Below, piece by piece: positions 1 through 13,396 of a stretch of 64,000 nucleotides of DNA (within the stretch, counting starts at the first letter, position 1; the number at the start of each line of letters is the position of its first letter). The DNA comes from the human T2T-CHM13v2.0 reference genome, Homo sapiens. The notes beneath the pieces were generated by a model, which saw nothing but the letters and a program-made list of their open reading frames with translations, had not been told where the DNA came from and made no database searches. Made by a program: the position numbers and the translations under genes. The stretch lies in NCBI RefSeq assembly GCF_009914755.1, contig NC_060926.1; one strand, given 5' to 3'.

Positions 1-329
1 TGACTTATCAACATAATCATTTTTGGATAGTATGCACTACTTGAACATATTTAACTAATCCAAAGTCTTCCAAGGCTTGGATATACACTGGTAGAATGAT
101 GATTAACAACAGGACTTATATCTGTGCTTTCTTATGACTCCAATAAATATGAAGTCCTTACTACTGGACACTGATTGTGTAAGCAGTATAGCACCCATAG
201 AGAGTGATCACAATCTGAGATCATTCTATCTTATGGTAGCTAAAACAGTGCACATTCAAGGATATATGAGAATACACTGAGTAAATACCAGATGTAGAAG
301 GAAAGGATTTTGAAGTAGTATGTGAAATG

Positions 330-470
330 GCTCACAGCACATGAGTTGGTGTCAGACGAATCTGGATTTGAGACCTGGGTCCTCATCTGAATAACTCTAT
401 AATCGTCATCAGCTAAGTTCTTTAAAGTACAGTTTCCAAATTTATACATCTGAGGTACCAATATCCATAA
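330..470 (+). mobile_element. MIR SINE relic
   Basis: Degenerate match to the MIR core (gtcagac..ctggatttgagacc..cagtttcc..catctg); boundaries approximate. Confidence 0.5.
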
Positions 471-819
471 CATAAATATAAAATAAAAAAGATGTTTATA
501 ATAGTGTTATTTTAGCACATATAAATAAGCATTTATTATAATTATAAATATATAAATAATTTGTCCAAGATTCATTTCATTAAACTGAGAAGAGAAATAA
601 CATATTAAAAATATTTATCCCATTTCTCCAAATCAATGGGAGAAAAGTACAAGATGAGTTGTGGGGGTGGATAGATGAGGAAAAGACAATGTCTTTACGG
701 TATTTCCAGTTCACTTCTTTGTTTGCCTTGCTCAGTGTAAGTAGATCTTGGGGAATTAAAGAGTCAGCTGATATGATGATTTGTTTGTTACCAGAACCTC
801 AGCATTCTAAGGAGATATA

Positions 820-965
820 CTATTGACCTAGAAGACTGGGGCCTGTGTTCTCTCAGTAACCACTTGTATTTTCCAGGACAAATAAGTTCTCATCTTCTCA
901 TCTGTATAATAAAGAGTTGGTTCTTATGGTCATTACGGTCCCTTTTAGGCACAACTATTTGCTGA
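820..965 (+). mobile_element. MIR (MIRc/MIR3-like) relic
   Basis: ctcatctgtataat..ggtcccttttaggc resembles the MIR core and 3' end; boundaries approximate. Confidence 0.45.
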
Positions 966-1856
966 TATAATAACGTCATCTTCAATTTACTTATTCTCTG
1001 TTGTCGATGGGAAATCAATTCAAAGTCTCGTATTTTTATGCTTTTTTTTTGATTATTTTGTTTTCTTCCCCCCGCAAAGCCTGAAATTAACTGGCACAGC
1101 TGTGGAATTAGTAAAACCTACTGAGGCTCTAGTCGTTGGTGACCTTTAGTTTTAATAAGCTGTGCTGGGTTTTATTGTCTATAACTAGTTTCTTTTAAGT
1201 AGATATGTTCACTTTGATATCATATTAATAGAAAACTCTCTAAAATATCAGCCTTAACATAAATTGTTGAACTGCATTTTAGAGTTCTTACTTTTTCATT
1301 TTTTAATTCTTATATTTCACAAAGATGTATGCTTTCATTAAAACGTGTATACATAATTACACTCATCCTCTTAATATCACATATATATAACTAATATTTT
1401 TAAGAGCATAAGTGGAAAACATGCAAAACCAAGTGAATATAATTTATATAGGATATTATCTTCACAATAATATTGGATTCAGGACAGATGATTAGATGAG
1501 CAAGATATTATAGTTTATAGATCGGACTGTATTTAATATAGTTTGTATTTTAATTTCAGTGTCTGTGATTTAAATTACAATGAATTTTTTAAAATTGCAT
1601 ATAAATGCATTGTTTTAGACAGATTAATTCTTTATATTCATAGTCATCATTAAATGAGTTTTTCAGTATGGTGAAAACATTATTTTTTCTTTCTATGAAG
1701 ATCTTTGTGTAAAGATTTCCTTCAGTTTTATTTGAAAGAATCCATTACCTTCAAAATAGTCATATTATTTTTTCTTTGCCAGTATAAGAAACTAAAGTTA
1801 TTGTTATGATTTGCATATTTATATTGAATTTTCCTTTGTCATTTATATTATTTCTA

Positions 1857-2174
<318 letters not shown>

Positions 2175-2699
2175 TCTATATGTGAATAGATAAGATTAAA
2201 TAAAATATATCTAATGCTAATAAATGAAACTGGTAAAAATTGAACAGCTTATCAAAGTCTGAATGACCATCGAATGTTTTAGTGGTAGACTAGAAACTGA
2301 AGCCACCTTCCACTTCTGCAGAACCATGACAAACTGGGATAGAACCCATGGTCTTTTAGCCTTTGAATTCCAGTTGCTCTTAGAAGTTCCATATCAGGAT
2401 AAATTGAGGTATGAGGAGAAAGGATTGTATTAAATTCATTAAGGGCCAATACAGTTTTCTGGCTCTGGGAACCATTGTGTATTCTCAGAGAAGAAGAGAG
2501 AGAGCATTGGAACTTGTTACTTTCTCTACTACACAGCTCATAGAAGGCAGAAATTTATTTGTTTTTGCATAACTACAGAACTCATCAAAGAGGTAGATCA
2601 AATTTTCAGACTTGATCTGTCTAGGGTGGTTTCTAGGAGTGGCAAATTATAAGCTGGTATACCAAGCATGAATTGGAGTTGGCTAGGCCAAGTAAGGGA

Positions 2700-3040
2700 T
2701 GGTGATACATTAGGGTACTTGGACAGATGAAATAGCACATATGGAGGTCCATAGATGAAACAATGAAGTGTAATCTAGGACCTGAAAGAACTTTGTAGTT
2801 AGTTGAATGTATACATTGAGGTCATTATATAGGGGAGATGAAGATTGGTGCCATGAAGTGAGATAAAAATTATGCAGAGATTGAATTATGCAGTTTCATC
2901 AGAGATTGGAAAATTATGCAGAGATTGAATTATGCCGTTCATCAAATATATAAAGAAATTTGGAATCGATTCTAAAAACTAGGAGGATACAACAAAGTGT
3001 TTTAAGTGAGACTGATGTAATCAGATTTTCATTTTTTTAA
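2700..3040 (-). mobile_element. L2 LINE relic with a small internal tandem duplication
   Basis: Antisense L2-like motifs (ggagatgaagattgg..aaatttggaatcgattctaa..gtgttttaagtgagactgatgtaatcagattttcatttt). Confidence 0.55.
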
Positions 3041-3904
3041 ACTTGGATTTGAAACTAGTAGAGCCTTAGTGTCTTAGATCCTCTTAACAATGAAGGACAA
3101 CAGTTTATTCACAGACATTTTAAATAAGAATGCAGATCCCCAAAGAATTGAAATGACTTACATCACATTCCTCCTAAAAATGTCAGTAAAAAGATTGATA
3201 AAGCCCAGGTTTCTGTTCTTGGAGGTACTCTTTTGAGAATGTGAGAGATGTTAAAATTCTTTTTTTTAATTAGAAAATCACATTCTATTATAGGCTGCTA
3301 CACGTAATCAACCTCACCAAAAAAAAAAAAAAGAAAAAAAAAGAAAGGGAAAGCATTACTGAATGCTACCTGTCCCAAACATTAGTGAAACTGATGGATA
3401 ACATTTTTTAAAAGTATTTATCCCAGCATAATACAATTTTCTATTATGAGAGCGAGGTATAGAATTAAAGCAACTATCAAAATAGCCCATATCAGATGCA
3501 ATCTTTACCCTGAATAACAAGACTATTAAAGGATAGGAGTCTAACCAAAGGGACTTTTAAAAGTGTCTGTCATTTGCTGATGGTGGCACAGATTTTATTA
3601 CTCTACAGGTCAGAGGGCCATGTATTTCTCTGTTTATAGTGAGGTGGGTTTTTTTTAATAGTACATTTATCTTTCTTGAATATGGGAAATCCATACATAG
3701 TTACTGTGTTAGAATTCCTCACTAAGAATAATTCTCGATAATCAACGCTATCAGGAGTTGAGGGTGGCATAAGAGAGTTCAAGAATAAGATGATAATTTG
3801 ATGATGGAAAAATAAGTGAGTTCTCCTAATGCATACCTCCTATCATTGTAGACAAAAGTTTATGTTCTCAAAGCTGTTTTCACGTACTACACTCTTCACC
3901 TCTA

Positions 3905-4308
3905 TGTGATTTGTTTGCTAGAGCTGCTGTAAGAAAATTCCAGAGACTGGGTGGCTTAAATGAATGAAATGTATTTTCTCATGGTCTGGGTCCCAGAAGT
4001 TTATGATCAGGGTGCTGGCAGCACTGGTGCCCTCTGAGCCTGTCTTCTTGGCTTGCAGACCCCCACTCTTCTGCCTCTCCCCATGGTCCTGCCTCCGTGC
4101 ATGTGCACCCCAGTATCTCTTTTTACGTGTATAAATTTCCTCTTCTTATAAGGATGCCAGTCAGACTGGATTAATTTCCACCCTAATGACCTAATTTTAA
4201 CTTAATTTCTCTTTAAAGATTCTGTCTCCAAACACAGTTACATTTTGAGGCAGTAGGTTTAGAGCTTTGACATGTGGGTTTCAGAAGGACACAGTTCATC
4301 CCATAATA
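3905..4308 (-). mobile_element. MLT1 (MLT1A/B-like) MaLR solo LTR
   Basis: tttgctagagctgctgtaa..gactgggtggcttaaa..cttataaggatgccagtc..gacacagttcatcccataata is the reverse of the MLT1 LTR. Confidence 0.9.
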
Positions 4309-4619
4309 ACCTCCAAAGACGTCAATGCTAAACAGCCTCCATGAGCTTATTACCAACTCAAAAACATCGCTTTCTTCCCAGGCCTTCCCTGTTTGTTTTA
4401 CTTGACTGATTAATGTATGCTGCTCTTTGAAGCTCAGTTTCTTTCTCCAGTGAAGACCTACTGTTTTCCCACCTTCTTCTCTAACTCCTACTTTGCACTG
4501 GTTTACAACTCAGCTCACAATATTCCCAAGTTACTTTATCAGTAAAATGTTTTCAATAGATGAAACTCATAGCAAGTCAATACACCATTTTCCACTTAAA
4601 TTTGCATTATTTTACATTG

Positions 4620-4790
4620 GATTCTAATTGATCCATACAGCTCGATTGTCTCCCCATCTAGTTTGCAGTTGATGAGAATGGGAATGACACATTATATTTA
4701 TTTTGTATCTTCATATGTGTTGCTGTACATACTATATACAATGATAGAGTGCTGTGTATATATTATATTCTCAAATGATTCAATTTGATT
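4620..4790 (+). mobile_element. L2 3' end relic
   Basis: tgtctccccatctag..gatgagaatgggaatg..ttttgtatctt resembles the L2 3' terminus. Confidence 0.4.
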
Positions 4791-7700
4791 CAATTTCTGA
4801 TAGTGAAATACCCAGCTACCTGATTCTGCTGGTTTTCAATGTTACTTTAATTGGCGTGAATTTCCAGCAATTAGCTTTCCTTCACCATACATACTTTATA
4901 ACCCTCTAGACTGCTCAAGTTGGCTGGGCCTGGTCTTCCTGACCCAGACCATTGGATGTTTAAGATCACATTCCAGGCATGAGGATGGCTGCACATCTAT
5001 TACCTCACAGATTGTCAAGCTTGATTATTACTGATGTGGATGATTATCTAGGTGTCCTTATACCTCAGTGTTCCCCCTGTGCCTTTTCAAGAAGAGTATT
5101 TTACCCAGTACAGAACTTTTTTAGAAATCAAGGTTATACAAGCAACTGTGCTCATTTGTGATCATCTTGAAATCCGTAAATACTGTCCGAGTATATTACT
5201 ATGTTAGGTGAAAGATTTGTGTTGCTCTCCACAAATTATCAATGTTTGTTTACAGAACATTTGTGAAAAATAATGTTTGGAAATGAATTGCTACGTGAAG
5301 TAAGTAACCAGTAACTCAAGCCATTTCTCCCATGTGGTCTGTTTTAAAAATGGAAATTCTGTAATCTGGCTTCCTCACCTTGGAGTAATATACAAAATGT
5401 CAAAATGAGAAAAGGGACCTTGGTAGTTGTTGTGTCTTTCTTGTTTATTCTTTCTTGTTAAATACTCAAAGAAAGAAAAACAGCATGCAATGTTTGTAGC
5501 TCCCATTGTGTTAGCTTTTTACTGTCCTGACATATGTCCTAAAGTTTAAAAAGCAATAAAAGGTTGCTGCTTCCACAGTCATTAGCTTTCGTTGCTGCAG
5601 TCAATCATCCACAGAGGTCAGAGCCGTATCAGTTTTTCCCATCCTCATTGCACAATCCACTCTAGCCATTGCACTCATATATCATTAAAGGAAAAATGAA
5701 CCAAGGAAACTACCGAGACTCAAAAATGAACTTGCAATGTGAAAAATCTCCTATCTCCTTATTTGAGGAAAGATGCTCCTGTCACGCTGAGTAAACAATA
5801 AAATTATAAGGCCAACACTGTAAATGGAAGTATTATCCCATCTATTGATTTATAATGGGTTAATTAATTTTCAAGTGTTCTTATTTGCAAAACATGATGT
5901 GAACATTGACAGAAATCCTTAGATAGTTTAAGATGAAGTCACTTTTGTCTTAGTGACTTGATCACTTATACTTAGGCCATAGTTAAGAATCTAATAGGAT
6001 TATTTCAGCAGAGTGTTGCCAGATTCATGTATAAAGTCAAGAAGTAAAAGAAAAATATAAGTTAGTCATGTTTGAGTTGGGTGATGTAACCTGGAAACAA
6101 ATCTGACTGGACTAATAATAACAAGTTAATAAACTCACTGTGAACAAATCAATTAAAAACCTAGGCATTGTTATATTTATTTGCATCTTACTGTCTAACT
6201 AGACTTTAGTTGAACCACACTTCATTTCATTTTAATTCAAGCACTCATTGATAATATATTTTGCATTTCTTAGATAATTTCAAAAAAAGATAGTGTGCCA
6301 TAGTCATATTATTATAAGGGACTAGAGTTATATTCTAAGTCTTCTGACATTCAATAAAATTGTTATAATTGGGTTAGACATATATGAATTACAAAACATG
6401 GGTTTGAAAGTGGTCACCCAAGCATGATTAGGAAAACTGCATACAAGTAGTCTTACTAAATACAAGTTGTACCACTCCTTGCTTCATCCCTCAGAAAGAG
6501 GCATGATGTTGTCACTGCTGCTCATCTTCAGCTTCCACTTTAGTTTCTGACTAATTCTGCCCTAGCATTTTCTTCCTGTGCTTTTGGCTGTGATTTTCCG
6601 GTTACTTGAATTTCTTGTCTGCCTTCTTTGAGCTAGAATTTTCAGGTTTAGTGTTTGTATTGTTCTGACTTTGTGTTTGGGAAGACTGCTGCCACAAGTA
6701 TGTCCCGGTGTATGTAATTATATTCTTGACCAATGCTCCTTGTCTCTGTCCACATAACCTCTGTTGAATCCCAAATGTGTACCCTTGGCAAGTTGCTGGG
6801 TTTAGTGTGAGAGTCGATACGGCAACATCACATAGAAAAAATGTTCACGGCCAATTTCTAATTTGATAATGTGATGAAATTTATGGATGCTTTCCTCATT
6901 AAGATGTTCATCACACAAACAGCTGCATATAATTTAAAGACATATTCATGCATATGAACTTAAAAACTCATGGTTTAGAGGTGTTTTTAATGCATTTCCC
7001 TGGAGTTTTTCATTGTATATGACTTTTTTTTTTTCCTTCTTTTGTCCCTTGGTTATATTAAGCTGCCTCTTAATACTTAGAAAAGCAGTGCTTAAGAAAT
7101 TGGAATATCTCTTTCCATAAATATGTGATAAAATGTATTGTAACTTATATGATTTATTAAATTGAGTCACGCCTGAAGCAAATGCATTATTAAGTAGTTA
7201 AAAAATTCATGACATGTCCTTAACACACTGAGAGTGCCTTAGAGGAGTTCATTCATCTGATAAATATGTGTTTAAGAAAATTGCTTGAAATGAATCTCTT
7301 TTATGAGTTTTGGTAATTATTGTTCTTATTTAAGACTTAGATATATATAGCATAAATAACAGAATGTGTTTTTCACATAGGGTTGTGGTTTGTTTTTGAA
7401 TGCAAATAGTCAGTCTTTTCTTGGTGGGTATATAATAAAATGCTTTTTTTGCATCATTAAAAGTTCTCAATAGTCTATGGTGTCCTAGAACATATTATCT
7501 ACATTGTATATAACTATGTTTCTGTTTTGAGATTTAAAGGAACATATGCAATAGCAACTTTATATGAGATTTGATTTTTCATATCAGACTTCAGCCTCAA
7601 GCATTTAGTTGAAGAATGAAGATCTTAAATTTTGACTTTTCTGTTTTTAGCCAGACATGTTCAAAATAAAAGTGCTATTTAAAAAGAGGTTTGTTTCCAT

Positions 7701-8585
7701 GTCATCTGAAATAGGGATGTTTTAATTTATGTTATAGTTTGAGATACACCAAATCAAAGGAACAAGCCTGCCTCAATAACCCAGTATAATTTTCCTATGG
7801 CTGCTGTCACATAGAGAGCACACTTTTTTTTAAGTTACAGCTTTCCATCCCTTTAGCACTTAATCATGTAGAGATTTGTATCGTTGATTATGCATAAAAT
7901 AATTTGACTAAATACTCTGAGGCAGTGTCGGTGACATTTTGTTGCTGTTGGTACCACCTCTTGTTTCATTGCTACTACTATTAGTACCATCATCTTTGAT
8001 AATTACTACAATTTACTGAGTGCTCGCATTGTTTCTAACATGAAGAAAAGGGCTTTATTTTAACTATGTTGCAGATAAGAAACTGAGATCTAGTGATTTT
8101 AAATAACACACACAAAAGAGAAGTATTGGGTGGATAATTATTTCTGTTTCTTTTTGTAATCCATGTATGCAATTCAACAACACACAATAATAATAGTATA
8201 AACTATGATCAAAACTCTTGATAGGCTTTTTATAATGCGATCGGACAACACTATTTAACTTTCTCATTTATTATTTATCTAAACTATTTGAATAATTTCA
8301 AAATATTCTCTGCTTTTCAGGCTACTTGATTTGCAGCCCAAATAATCTCAAAATTGTAATAAGTCAAGGAACATTTTTAGCCCGAATTATTAAAAAATTG
8401 CTTTAATTTTGCTTTAGAATCAACTCCTCACTACCCATTGCATTTTAGTTTTATGCGTTTCTTTATCTTCTATTGATGGACTTTGTAATATATTAATTTA
8501 TATGCTTAAAGTCCCATTTAGCTATAGTTTTCCTTTTGATTTAAATGTAACTTAAAGAGAGGAAGGAAAATTTTTATTTCATCAC

Positions 8586-8679
8586 AACTTCTTCCAAGTA
8601 TTTTATAAAAATTCTGATGGTTCTCTTTACTGAACTTCTTCTAAGTGTTTCATAAAAATTCTAATGGTTCTCTTTACTG
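8586..8679. repeat. 47-bp tandem duplication (2 copies)
   Basis: aacttcttccaagtattttataaaaattctgatggttctctttactg is followed directly by aacttcttctaagtgtttcataaaaattctaatggttctctttactg. Confidence 0.9.
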
Positions 8680-8682
8680 GCT

Positions 8683-9098
8683 TGTATTAGCTTGTACTTT
8701 CTTTGCTGTAAGGAAATATATGAGATGGGGTCATTTATAAAGAAAAAAAGGTTTAATTGGCTCATGGTTCTGCAGGCTGTACAGGAAGCATAGCAGCTTC
8801 TGCTTCTGGGGAGGTCTCATGAAGCCTCCAATCATGATGGAAGGTAAAAACAGAGCAGGACGTCTCATATGGCTGGAGCAGGAGCAAGAGACGGGGAGGG
8901 GTGCTACACACTTTTAAATGATATCTCATGGTAAATCACTCATTCACTATCATGAGAACAGCACCAAGAAGATGGTGCTAAGTCATTCATGAAGCACCAC
9001 CCCCATGATCCAATCACTTCCCACCACACGCCGCCTCCAGCACTGGGATTACAATTTGACATGAGATTTGGGCAGGAACACAGATCCAAACCATGTCA
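8683..9098 (-). mobile_element. MSTA-like MaLR solo LTR
   Basis: tgtattag...ccaaaccatgtca termini; perfect 5-bp TSD TGGCT (8678-8682 and 9099-9103). Confidence 0.93.
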
Positions 9099-9284
9099 TG
9101 GCTGAATTTACCAAATCAACTGTGAATGGAAAGAAGTGAATGAATGCTAGCAAGTAAATGTATTTCAGATTAAATTTTTTTAGGGAACTAGAAGTAAATT
9201 GCCCTGTTTAAAAAATTAATTTATAATGGACTTCTAGCTTTGGCAGCATGAAGATGTTGTCACATTCTCTCCAAAAAGCAAGTA

Positions 9285-9513
9285 CAGATGCTTCTAGACT
9301 TACAATCATGATATCTACCCATAAGTAAAAAAAAAAAAAAAATCTTCAGTTCAAATATGTTTAATACCCTTATACCCACCATAATATCAAAAGTTGTAGG
9401 TTGAGAGACTGTAAGTCCAGATGCTTCCTGACTTACGATAGGATTACATTCAGATAAACCCACTGTAGAGTGAAAATGTGTATGTTGAACCCTAGTAACT
9501 CAGGGACCATCTG
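9285..9513 (+). mobile_element. MER47-family (Tigger5-derived) MITE with two head-to-tail units
   Basis: TA|CAGATGCTTC..GACTTAC at 9285 and again at 9418; ends ..gggaccatctg. Confidence 0.75.
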
Positions 9514-10134
9514 TGTGATATTGGAAAAAAATAGAAACAACATTTCAAGGCACATATGTCAACAAAAAGCAGAAAACGAGTTAATAAAATTTACTTTTGA
9601 AATAAATGCAAGAGTTGCAAGTTAGAGGAGTATCTGTGGCCTTCTTTCCAGGTCGCTGCCATCTTCACTCCCCACGTCAATAGAGTCAGCAAGAATAGTA
9701 TTTGTAACAGCGGGCATTGAAAACCAACAGTTTCGAGGCTATGCATGGGGAACTTCCTCAGTTTGGAGTAGCAAGTGAAAACCTATGGCTTTGCCAGCTA
9801 AAAGTGAGTACTTAGGTGGGAACAACTGAGAAAAACATTTGTGTTAGCACACAGAGGTCCTGGTTGGGGGAGCAATGGACCAGCAAGAAAGTTAGCCAAG
9901 AGATTCTGAAAATGAGCGAGCCATAGAAGGTCTGAGATAAGGTCTCGCATATCACTGGCTATTAGGGAGGCCTGAGAGGGATTTGAGAAACAGAAGCTGA
10001 GGAAGACTTGAGGACTCACTTCAACTTTAAGTGTGTTTTCCAAACCACTCACTAATAAATGTGAAGTGGGTAGACACCTTATGGAAACAAAGCCTTTGAG
10101 TACATCCTCTATCCAAATAACTGGGTGATCACTA

Positions 10135-10456
<322 letters not shown>

Positions 10457-10794
10457 GACGCAGGGCAGTATTCCTAGAAAACAAGGCATAAAAATACAAT
10501 AGTAATGGTAAAATACAATTAAGTAGAGTATCAGTGGCTGGGCTACACATCAAAGCTAATTTTAACACACATACACAGAAATATAAACTGCATTCCAGAG
10601 TTGGTATGATGCATTTTCTAATATATTAAATTTTCAACCACAAATTATGTGATATCCGAAGAAACATGAAAGTGTGACCAATACTCAAAAGAGTATTGAG
10701 TCAATAGATATTGACACTACATGGGACCAGATATTGGATTTAGCAGAAAAAAAAAAATTCAAAACATCTACTATAAATATTTTCAAAATATTGA

Positions 10795-11220
10795 AGGAGT
10801 GACATCAGCAAAATGGCGGAGTAGGATTCTTGGGCTTCACTCTCCCTATAGAAATCCAATAGCAACACAGGAAGTATACCATCCTAAATGTCCCAGAACT
10901 CAGGAGTGAGGCTAAGACTTCCCTTGGACCCTTGGACTTCAGGACAAAGAAAAATGGAAATCAAATATTAAGACTTCAGATGTTTCACCTCGTTGCCCTT
11001 TCTCTAGGCCAACACAGTACCATACACAGAGAATTCTCCTGGACCCACAGTTTCTACAGTTGGGAAAGTTAGTTGGAAGCAAATCTTCAGTTTTCCCACC
11101 ATTCAGGCACTCTTTACAGAAGGCTCATTCCTATTTTGTCCCACAGGAAACATTGGGATTACAAGCAGGGGTGGACCACCTGGGGTCAGTTGGCAAAAAA
11201 GAGCATTTAGGAGCAGCTTT
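10795..11220 (+). mobile_element. L1MA-type 5' UTR fragment
   Basis: gtgacatcagcaaaatggcggagtagg: L1 5'-end AAAATGGCGG (YY1-type) motif followed by more GC-rich UTR-like sequence. Confidence 0.6.
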
Positions 11221-11692
11221 AAAAAAGAATAGACAAACCTTTAACTAGACTTACTAATTACAAAAGAGAGGTTATTCAGTAAACAAATCAGAAATGCAAG
11301 GCGAGGCATCACAATTTACACCACTAAAATACGAAGAATCATAAGAAACTATTATTAACAATTACACACCAGTACATTGGATAACTTAGAAGAAATGGAT
11401 AAATTCCTAGACACATGAAAGCTTTGAAAACAAACACAAAGAAATAGAAAACTCAATAGAGCAATAATGAACACAGAGACTGAATCAGTTTAAAAAAAAA
11501 AAAAAGTCTTCCACTGAGGAAAAGCGCAGGACTGGACGGCTTCACTGCTACATTCTACTAAACATTTAAAGAAGAGATAATACCAATTCTCAAACCATTC
11601 AAAAAAACTGAAGTATAAACAATGCTTCCAAACTCATTTTATATCCCAAACTCATTACCACAACACCAAAGGCAGACAAGGACACTACAAGG

Positions 11693-11696
11693 AAAA

Positions 11697-11748
<52 letters not shown>

Positions 11749-11830
11749 ATATATATGTATATATATGTGTGTATATATATATGTATATATATGTGTGTGT
11801 GTGTATATATATATATATGTATATATATAT
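11693..11830. repeat. Compound A(n)-(TA)n/(TG)n microsatellite
   Basis: Directly visible poly-A followed by about 125 bp of alternating TA and TG blocks. Confidence 0.97.
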
Positions 11831-12147
11831 GGCAACATCATTGATAAAGATACATTTTTTAAATCCTCAACGAAACTATTAGCAAACCCAGTTCAAGAAC
11901 ACATTAAAAGAATCATTTTTCACAATCAAGTGAGAGTTATTCTTAGGATGCAAAGATGGTTCAAAATATGCAGATCAATAAATGTGATGCACCACTTTAA
12001 CAAAATGAAAAAAAATGAGAAGATGCAGAAAAAGCATTTAAGAAAACTCAGCACCCTTTTCTTATAAAAATTCTCAACAATTAACTATACGGAAAAAATG
12101 TACTTCAGCACAATATATGACAAACACATAGCTAGTATTATTCTTAA

Positions 12148-12528
<381 letters not shown>

Positions 12529-12872
12529 ACACCACTTCTCTTTGATAAAGTACTAGAAATCAGAGCCAGAGCAGTTAGGCAATAAAACAAAATAAAAGGC
12601 ATACTAATAGGAGAGAAAAAAGTGAAATTGTTTCTCTTTGTTGATAAGATGATCTTATGTGTAAAACACCTTAAAGACATCATAAAAAAACTATTAGAAC
12701 TGATCAATGAATGCACTAGAGTTGCAACATTCAAAATTAATGTGCAAAAATCAGTAGCTTTTCTATATTGCAATAATGGTCTATCTTAAAAGGAAATTTT
12801 TTAAAAAATCTCATTTACAATAGCAATAAAAAAGTTAAATATATAGGTGTAAATTTAACTGTAAAATACCTG

Positions 12873-13277
12873 AGTATTAGACCATTCCCACATTGCTATA
12901 AAAATATATTAGACTAGGTAATTTATAAAGAAAAGAGGTTTAATGGGTTCACGCTTCTACAGGCTGTACGTAAAGCATGATGCTGGCATCTGCTTGCTTT
13001 TGGGGAGGCCTCAGAAAACTTACAATCATGGTGGAAGGCAAAGGGGGAGCAAGAATGTCACATGATCAAAGCAGCAGAAGTGGGAGGTACCACATACTTT
13101 TAAATGACCACATCTCATAAAAACACTCACTATTGCAAGGACAGTATAAACAGGATGGTCCTACTCATGAGAAATCTGTTCCCATAATTCAATCACCTCT
13201 AACCAGGCCCCATCTCCAACACTGGGGACTACAGTTCAACAGGAGATTTAGGTGGGGACAACATCCAAACTATATCA
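12873..13277 (-). mobile_element. MSTA/MSTB MaLR solo LTR inserted in L1
   Basis: gtattag..catggtggaaggcaaaggg..ccaaactatatca; L1 ORF2 sequence resumes on the other side. Confidence 0.9.
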
Positions 13278-13396
13278 ACTTATATACTGAAAACTATAAA
13301 CATTGAGGAAAGAAATTCAGGGTAATACAAATCAATGGAAAGATATGCCATGTTCATGGATTAGAAAAATTGATATTGTGAAAATGTTTATGCTAC

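Noticed and set aside
1080-1140. Possible exon after a strong polypyrimidine tract
   Set aside because: AAG acceptor and only a weak GTGACC donor; the peptide is unrecognised.
5932-5963. 12-bp stem-loop with one mismatch
   Set aside because: Short and imperfect; expected by chance in 64 kb of AT-rich DNA.
11599-12067. YIYI/VCVC-rich ORFs
   Set aside because: Microsatellite translation fused to a decayed L1 ORF2 piece.
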